A stretch of 64,000 nucleotides of DNA from an uncultured Pseudomonadales bacterium (GTDB lineage Bacteria > Patescibacteriota > Microgenomatia > UBA1400 > CAYXSR01). The notes under the pieces are model-generated. The model saw only the letters and a program-made list of their open reading frames with translations, ran no database searches and was not told the DNA's origin. The stretch spans positions 254,987-318,986 of the forward strand of contig CAYSEI010000001.1 in NCBI GenBank assembly GCA_964430265.1, in the 5' to 3' direction. A program made the position numbers and the translations under genes. Positions 58,533-64,000 of the stretch are shown one piece after another (within the stretch, counting starts at the first letter, position 1; every line of letters begins with the position of its first letter).

Positions 58533-59422
58533 TATTGCATATTTTTTAAACTAGCAATTCTTTTCTCTATAGGTGGATGTGTTTGATATAAATTTGCAAA
58601 CGCACCAACTCCTTTTTTAAGATTCTTTAAAGGATTGGAGATGTATAAATGTGCTGTTGCTCTATTGGCTGCTTCAAGCGGTTCTTTATCCGCGGAAATC
58701 TTTGTTAAAGCAGATATCAACCCCGAAGGTTGTCTTGTCAGTTTTACTGCTCCTGCATCTGCAGAATATTCCCTTCTTCTTGATAAAGCCAGCTGGATAA
58801 GCTTGGCAATTATTGGTGAAAGAAGGCCTATAATTATGGCAAAAATTAAAAGAATTGAATTTCCTTTTTTACGTTCTCGGCTACCAAGCCTTGCTCTAAG
58901 CATCCAATCCCCTAATAAAGCAATTGTTCCCACTAAAATTGATACCAAAGACATTAACCGGATGTCATAGTTTTTAATATGTGTAATCTCATGGGCTACA
59001 ACTGCCTCTATTTCAGTTCTTTCAAGCCTGCTTAACAATCCGGTAGTTGCACAGACAACTGCATGTTCCGGATCTCTTCCTGTAGCAAACGCGTTAATTG
59101 AAGAATCGTTGATAACATAAAGTTTGGGCATGGGAATGTCAGCCGCCATTGCCAGGTTTTCTGCTGCAGTATAAAAGTCAAAATATTTATCTCTTTGAGC
59201 TTTTTTTGCATTGGAGATTCCCAGAATAATCTTATCGCTCCAGTAATATGAAACAAAAGAAGAAATTCCAGAAAATATAAGAGCAAGTCCAATAAAACCC
59301 AATCCGTAATCCAAAACATTTGCAAACACCCAGCCAATAAAAAGCACAAATAGGATAAATAAAAAAACCACAATATTTGAACGACGCTTATTTATCGCTA
59401 CTTGTTCATATACATTCAACAT
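58532..59422 (-). CDS. htpX: M48-family zinc metalloprotease HtpX
   Basis: HExxH (HEITHIKNYD), multiple TM helices and the conserved LemA-HtpX pairing. Confidence 0.8.
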   Translation of the reverse strand: MLNVYEQVAINKRRSNIVVFLFILFVLFIGWVFANVLDYGLGFIGLALIFSGISSFVSYYWSDKIILGISNAKKAQRDKYFDFYTAAENLAMAADIPMPKLYVINDSSINAFATGRDPEHAVVCATTGLLSRLERTEIEAVVAHEITHIKNYDIRLMSLVSILVGTIALLGDWMLRARLGSRERKKGNSILLIFAIIIGLLSPIIAKLIQLALSRRREYSADAGAVKLTRQPSGLISALTKISADKEPLEAANRATAHLYISNPLKNLKKGVGAFANLYQTHPPIEKRIASLKNMQ

Positions 59423-59442
59423 ATCTCTTAACTAAAACCTAC

Positions 59443-60030
59443 TTATAACTCTACCTTGGGAGCTTTAGTTTCTTCTTCCGAAACAGAAATATGTGCTCCT
59501 TCCATTGCTGTTTGCAGCCCTTTTTCAGGTTGAAATCCAAAAATATTGGCAACAATATTACTTGGGAAGACCTGAAGTTTTGTGTTGTAGTCAGCAGTTA
59601 AATCAATTAGTGTTCTTCTTGCATACATAACTTTATCAGCAGTATCTCTTAGCTCATCCATTAGTTTTTGTGTTGGCTGGTCAGCCTTTAATTCTGGCGT
59701 GTCTTCTACAACTAAACGGATAGATCCCAAAGCATTACTAAGAGCATCGCTTGCCTCAACCATTTTTTGGGGATCATTTCCCTTTACAGCCGTGTTAATT
59801 TGTTTTCTTGCCTCGGTTATCTTTTTAAATGCCTCTTGCTCGTGGTCCATGTATCCTTTAACCGATTCGACCAAATTAGGAATCAGGTTGGCTTGTCTTT
59901 TCAACTGGTTACCAATTTCCTGTACAGAAGCCTTAATACGAACTTTTAAGGTTGTCAAACTGTTATATACGCCGATAGCATAAAGCGCTATCAAAACAAT
60001 TCCGCCAAGTAAAATATAGAGTAATGGCAT
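59443..60030 (-). CDS. LemA family protein
   Basis: N-terminal TM, then the LemA core (GVYNSLTTLKVRIKASVQEIGNQLKRQANLIPNLVE…). Confidence 0.8.
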   Translation of the reverse strand: MPLLYILLGGIVLIALYAIGVYNSLTTLKVRIKASVQEIGNQLKRQANLIPNLVESVKGYMDHEQEAFKKITEARKQINTAVKGNDPQKMVEASDALSNALGSIRLVVEDTPELKADQPTQKLMDELRDTADKVMYARRTLIDLTADYNTKLQVFPSNIVANIFGFQPEKGLQTAMEGAHISVSEEETKAPKVEL

Positions 60031-60219
60031 AATTTCCTCCTAATTAAATATATTGTTAACTAATTTAATTATAATGAAAATATTAGTAAATGTCACTATT
60101 TATTAAACAACGTAATTTTATATTATTATGTTTTGTAAAAATACTAAATTTATAAATAAATCTATTTTCACGGATGATTTTCACGCGGGTAATATTTGTT
60201 TTCAAAAGTATTAATTTTG

Positions 60220-60290
60220 AGCGGGATACGAGAATCGAACTCGTATCATCACCTTGGGAAGGTGATGTTCTACCATTGAACTAATCCCGC
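60220..60290 (-). tRNA. tRNA-Gly(CCC)
   Basis: On the minus strand: acceptor gcgggat/atcccgc, anticodon stem tcacc/ggtga, loop ttcccaa, T-loop ttcgatt. Confidence 0.75.
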
Positions 60291-60310
60291 ATTAACTAAT
60301 ATTAATATAT

Positions 60311-60931
60311 TTACCGCGGAATTTGCAACTCTTGCCCGACTTCGATATACCCCGGATTATTAATGTTATTTACTCTAGAAATTTCCGGCCATTGATATCC
60401 GTCTCCATATGCTCTAACCGAAATTTTCCAAAGACTGTCACCTTTTTGAACTGTGTAAGTATCGCTTTCAATCGGATTCTCAACATTATCAGTTTCAGCA
60501 CTTGCTATTTCTTCTGTTTTAACTTGTTTTACTGCTACCTGAGGAATTGTAAGTTCTTGTCCTTCATTTAATTGATCGGGATTATCTAAATTGTTTGTTT
60601 CTGCTATATCAACCCAATTGTATCCAGAACCATAATATTCTTCAGCAATTTCCCAAAGGTGTTCACCGGATTCAACTTTATGGGTTGTAGGCAAGTTTTG
60701 CGGGACTTTTTGTTCGTCTTTGGTTATGAAAGTAATTCCTTCTTCTGTGACAACAGAAGGGGTTGGAGATTCTGTCCCATCACGAGCTGCTTGCTTTTGT
60801 TTTTGATTGTTTTGAAAATAGTTAAATATCAAAACTCCAATAATTACTATAACAACAGCACCTAAAATGGTGCTGATAATGGGTTCATTTTCTTTTATTT
60901 TTTTTAAAAGGTCCTTAAGATACTTTTCCAT
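60311..60931 (-). CDS. LysM peptidoglycan-binding protein (two LysM repeats, N-terminal TM)
   Basis: Two LysM motifs (HKVESGEHLWEIAEEYYG…ELTIP and YTVQKGDSLWKISVRAYG…ELQIP). TM helix near the N-terminus. Confidence 0.75.
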   Translation of the reverse strand: MEKYLKDLLKKIKENEPIISTILGAVVIVIIGVLIFNYFQNNQKQKQAARDGTESPTPSVVTEEGITFITKDEQKVPQNLPTTHKVESGEHLWEIAEEYYGSGYNWVDIAETNNLDNPDQLNEGQELTIPQVAVKQVKTEEIASAETDNVENPIESDTYTVQKGDSLWKISVRAYGDGYQWPEISRVNNINNPGYIEVGQELQIPR

Positions 60932-60993
60932 GTTATTTCTCTTTCTGAGCAGTTTTAGGCAGGAGTATTTTTATAATTAATTTATTTTACTTG

Positions 60994-61067
60994 CGGGAGC
61001 GACGGGACTCGAACCCGCAACCTCTGGCTCGACAGGCCAGAGCTCTAACCGATTGAGCTACGCCCCC
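60994..61067 (-). tRNA. tRNA-Asp(GTC)
   Basis: On the minus strand: acceptor gggggcg/cgctccc, anticodon stem ctggc/gccag, loop ctgtcga, T-loop ttcgagt. Confidence 0.8.
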
Positions 61068-61113
61068 AATTAGCATTAATTATATTACCAAAATAAACAG
61101 GGTAAGGCAATAA

Positions 61114-62133
61114 TTAATAATTAGCATGCAATTGGCCGCAGCCCGCTTCAATATTTTGTCCAAAAGATTTTCGTATACTAACATTAATACCTTTATTCTC
61201 CAACTTACTCCTAAACTCTCTTATTTTTTCTTTCCCAGAGGGTTTAAATTTTTTTGGACACCCTTTTCCCGGATTGTATTCTATTAAATTAACGTGGTAA
61301 AGATAAGCAATATCCGTTCTGGCTTTAATTATGCTTTCAAGTCTGTTTAAATGTTCATTTGTATCGTTTATGTTTTCAAGCATTAAATATGCCAAAAATA
61401 CTTTACGATTGTTTTTTCTAATATGTTTATCAAGTGTTTGCATTACTTTTTCAAGCGGATATTTTCTTGATGCGGGTATCAGTTCTTTTCTTTGACCAGA
61501 AAGTGCAGTATGCAAAGAAAGGGCAATATTTATCTGAGGAAATTCTTTGCTTAACCTTTCAATTCCGGGAATTATTCCTATAGTGGAAACATTAATGTTT
61601 CTTTCCCCAAAATTAAACATGTTTTTGTCTTCAAGTAAATGTAAACAGGAAAAGATATTAGGATTTTCTAAAGGTTCTCCCATCCCCATTAAAGATATGC
61701 TGTGTAAAGAATAATCGTTGAGTAAAAAGTAAAGTGGCTGACCAATCATTTCATTAACACTTAGGTTTCTTTTAAATCCCATATTCCCGGTTGCACAAAA
61801 GGTGCAGCCCATTTTACATCCTACTTGTGTGGAAATACAAAGTGTATTCCAGTTTTTATATTGCATGAGAACAGATTCAATTCTTTGTTTATCTTTGAGT
61901 TGGAAAAGAACTTTTTTGGTTTTATTGCTTTTTTGTGTTTCTAGTTCTTTTAATTTTAAGATCTTACCAAAATTCTTTTTCAAATCTTGCCTTAAATTCT
62001 GTGGTAAACCAATCATTGCTTCAAAATCAGATATCTTTTGCTTAAATATTGCATTTAGTATCTGTTTATAGCGATATTCAGCAATACTATTTTTACGAAT
62101 ATAGTTTTTTATTTCAATTAAGGTATTTTTCAT
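61114..62133 (-). CDS. rlmN: radical-SAM 23S rRNA/tRNA adenine-C2 methyltransferase RlmN
   Basis: CxxxCxxC radical-SAM motif (GCKMGCTFCATG) and the C-terminal Cys-containing region (GCGQL). Confidence 0.8.
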   Translation of the reverse strand: MKNTLIEIKNYIRKNSIAEYRYKQILNAIFKQKISDFEAMIGLPQNLRQDLKKNFGKILKLKELETQKSNKTKKVLFQLKDKQRIESVLMQYKNWNTLCISTQVGCKMGCTFCATGNMGFKRNLSVNEMIGQPLYFLLNDYSLHSISLMGMGEPLENPNIFSCLHLLEDKNMFNFGERNINVSTIGIIPGIERLSKEFPQINIALSLHTALSGQRKELIPASRKYPLEKVMQTLDKHIRKNNRKVFLAYLMLENINDTNEHLNRLESIIKARTDIAYLYHVNLIEYNPGKGCPKKFKPSGKEKIREFRSKLENKGINVSIRKSFGQNIEAGCGQLHANY

Positions 62134-62170
62134 TGCATTAATTATACAAAAATTGCTATAATAATTTTAG

Positions 62171-62971
62171 ATGAGAAAACAAATACTGGCAAAAGACTTA
62201 CTTAAGACTAGAGATATTTTACAAGCAGCCCCCCAAGATACATTAATAGAAGCGCTTACAAAACTTTCCAGAACCCATGATGCAATTTTTGTATTTGATA
62301 ATGATAAAAAATTTTTGGGTGTAATCAGTCCGTATTATGCGCTTTTCAAGTCCAATTATCCGCCAAACACCAAGGTGAATAAAGCTTTATACAGCCCGCC
62401 AAAATTGGACATAGAGACTCCCCTACAAGAAATATCCAGATTAATGACTGAGTCCAAAGTATATTTTCTACCTGTTATTGACCAAGAAAAAGAGTTTAAG
62501 GGAATTGTAACCATAAACAGGATATTAAAAACTGTTTTAAAAAATAATCTTGCCTCTAAAATGGAGGTGAGAAGAAAAAAACCATTAATTGCAATTCATG
62601 AAAAGGCAAGTTTGGCGGATGCTTTTAATAGAATGAAAGATAAAAGGGTTGCTAGGCTTCCGGTGGTTAACTCGCATAAGCATTTAAAGGGTATTGTCAG
62701 CCGTCATGATATCAGGCTAGCAATTTCTGAACCACAAGAAAGCCCTCGGTATATGTCGCGTGAAGGCAACAAAAACAAGTTGCTAAATGAGCCTTTAAAT
62801 AAATACTATCAAAAGTTAGTTGTTACAGCAGATCCAGCTACAACAACAAAAAGTTTGATAAAAAAAGTTCTTGATAAAAAAGTAGGCAGTGTAATAATTG
62901 TTAACCAGAACCGAACTCCTGTAGGTATAGTAACAAACTATGATCTTTTAAAAGCAATTCAAAAGCTTTAA
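62171..62971 (+). CDS. CBS-domain protein (two CBS pairs)
   Basis: Repeated CBS motifs (e.g. VISPYYALF, GIVTINRILK, GIVSRHDI, GIVTNYDLLK). No other catalytic domain. Confidence 0.65.
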   Translation: MRKQILAKDLLKTRDILQAAPQDTLIEALTKLSRTHDAIFVFDNDKKFLGVISPYYALFKSNYPPNTKVNKALYSPPKLDIETPLQEISRLMTESKVYFLPVIDQEKEFKGIVTINRILKTVLKNNLASKMEVRRKKPLIAIHEKASLADAFNRMKDKRVARLPVVNSHKHLKGIVSRHDIRLAISEPQESPRYMSREGNKNKLLNEPLNKYYQKLVVTADPATTTKSLIKKVLDKKVGSVIIVNQNRTPVGIVTNYDLLKAIQKL

Positions 62972-63092
62972 AGTAGACAATATGTTCATTTTTTTAATAT
63001 AATTATATTAGCCAGTGTGGTAGGCTTAAATATTACTTCAATGCAAGTAATAGTCCGTAAGGTAAGTTTCTACTACGCTGGCTTATACTCAG

Positions 63093-63165
63093 GCCTGTGT
63101 AGCTCAGTTGGGAGAGCAACGGTATCGTAAACCGTAGGTCGTCGGTTCAAATCCGACCGCAGGCT
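63093..63165 (+). tRNA. tRNA-Thr(CGT)
   Basis: Acceptor gcctgtg/cgcaggc with one G-U pair, anticodon stem acggt/accgt, loop atcgtaa, T-loop ttcaaat. Confidence 0.8.
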
Positions 63166-63193
63166 CATTACTCATTATTAAATTAATAACAAA

Positions 63194-63901
63194 ATGGTAA
63201 GACGATCAAAAAAACAAGAGAAAAAAAACATTAGACAAGCAATTTTCTTTACTTTTCTTTCAATTGTAATGATTTTGGCCCTCTTTTTTGTGGGAATTCC
63301 TTTATTAGTCAGGCTGTCAATATTTCTCGGAGACTTAAGATCACAAAATGATCCGATTGTATCTGAGGATGTACTTCCTCCACAAACCCCAGTCTTAGAG
63401 CCATTACCCGACGCTACAAATGAAAATACGATCAAAGTAAGCGGATACACAGAAAAAGGAGCTACAGTGAAAGTATATTTAAATGGAATTGATAAAAAAG
63501 AAACTGTGGCAAATGAAGAAGGAAAATTCTCAATTGATAACCTTGAACTATATAAAGGGGAAAATAAGATAAATGCTAAGGCAATTGACTCATCTGCAAA
63601 TGAAAGTGATTTTTCTCCGGTAAAAACCGTTGTTGTTGACAAAAAAGAACCCGAGTTGGAAATTGTAGAACCCGAAGAAGGAAAAGAATATTTTGGTGAT
63701 CAAGATTCTGTTAATATAAGCGGAAAAACAGATCCGGAAGCAAGTGTAATAATTAATGACATAAAAGTTATTGTTAATTCAGAAGGTGAATTTTCTACTG
63801 TCATGAACCTTTCTGAAGATGAAAATGTTTTTAAAATTATAGCAACCGATCCTGCCGGAAACAAAACTGAAAAAGAAATTAAGGTTAATTATTCTTCCTA
63901 G
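63194..63901 (+). CDS. membrane-anchored protein with two tandem bacterial Ig-like (Big) repeats
   Basis: N-terminal TM. There is an internal repeat (…IKVSGYTEKGATVKVYLNG…EEGKFSI… and …VNISGKTDPEASVIINDIKV…SEGEFST…). It ends …DPAGN…, typical of Big-domain surface proteins. Confidence 0.6.
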   Translation: MVRRSKKQEKKNIRQAIFFTFLSIVMILALFFVGIPLLVRLSIFLGDLRSQNDPIVSEDVLPPQTPVLEPLPDATNENTIKVSGYTEKGATVKVYLNGIDKKETVANEEGKFSIDNLELYKGENKINAKAIDSSANESDFSPVKTVVVDKKEPELEIVEPEEGKEYFGDQDSVNISGKTDPEASVIINDIKVIVNSEGEFSTVMNLSEDENVFKIIATDPAGNKTEKEIKVNYSS

Positions 63902-64000
63902 CCTCCTCTATTTAAAAGATAATTACTTAATCCAGAAAAGATAAGAAGAAAAATAATAAAAGCATTACCGGTGCATAAAATAAAGTATTATTAATTAAAG

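Noticed and set aside
1-64000. Search for CRISPR arrays, rRNA genes, transposases or integrases
   Set aside because: No regularly spaced direct repeats, no rRNA-like conserved stretches, and no DDE/tyrosine-recombinase-like ORFs were seen. The atypical cassette is therefore not called a mobile element.

Overview
This is a low-GC, AT-rich, very gene-dense bacterial chromosomal window. Many neighbouring genes overlap by 4-14 nt, including frequent ATGA stop/start overlaps. About 30 kb (29865-60030) is transcribed entirely from the minus strand. Gene content and protein style point to a streamlined Candidate Phyla Radiation (Patescibacteria)-like genome; this is inference only. Supporting signs are Lys-rich proteins and a fermentative core made of 2-oxoacid:ferredoxin oxidoreductase and ADP-forming acetyl-CoA synthetase. 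Further signs are an archaeal-type phosphoglucose/phosphomannose isomerase, a bacterial Elp3, and a ribosomal protein carrying a low-complexity tail.

Recognisable features:
- DNA metabolism: ruvAB, a RecD/Dda-like helicase, UDG family 4, dnaE, a holA-like gene and a LexA-like repressor.
- Translation and tRNA modification: 11 tRNA genes, mnmA, Elp3, a Trm9-like methyltransferase, rsmI, rlmN, gatCAB, hpf, rplS and a YqeY-domain protein.
- Central carbon metabolism: pgm, pgi/pmi, ppsA, eno, gpmI, a PfkB-family kinase, acd and korAB.
- Pyrimidine/PRPP: pyrG, prs, pyrE, pyrF, and pyrD fused to an MGS-like domain.
- Stress and envelope: hsp20, a YtxH-like protein, clpB, htpX-lemA, mscS, dedA, secG, LysM and Big-domain proteins, a transglutaminase-like protein, a holin-X-like protein and a GH-A hydrolase.

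No rRNA, CRISPR array, transposase or integrase was seen.

Items most worth a second look:
1. A compositionally distinct (more GC-rich), tightly overlapping three-gene cassette at 20361-21288. It is unrecognisable by sequence, sits next to a 348-bp AT-rich gap and a tRNA, and has an A8 homopolymer frameshift.
2. A eukaryote/archaea-style mcm5s2U wobble-modification gene set (Elp3 plus a divergent Trm9-like methyltransferase plus MnmA).
3. An eRF1/Pelota-like protein without a GGQ motif, translationally coupled to hpf.
4. A 460-aa unrecognised protein in the Elp3-CapA operon.
5. An OmpR-family regulator and a LexA-like repressor that both lack their canonical catalytic or phospho-acceptor residues.
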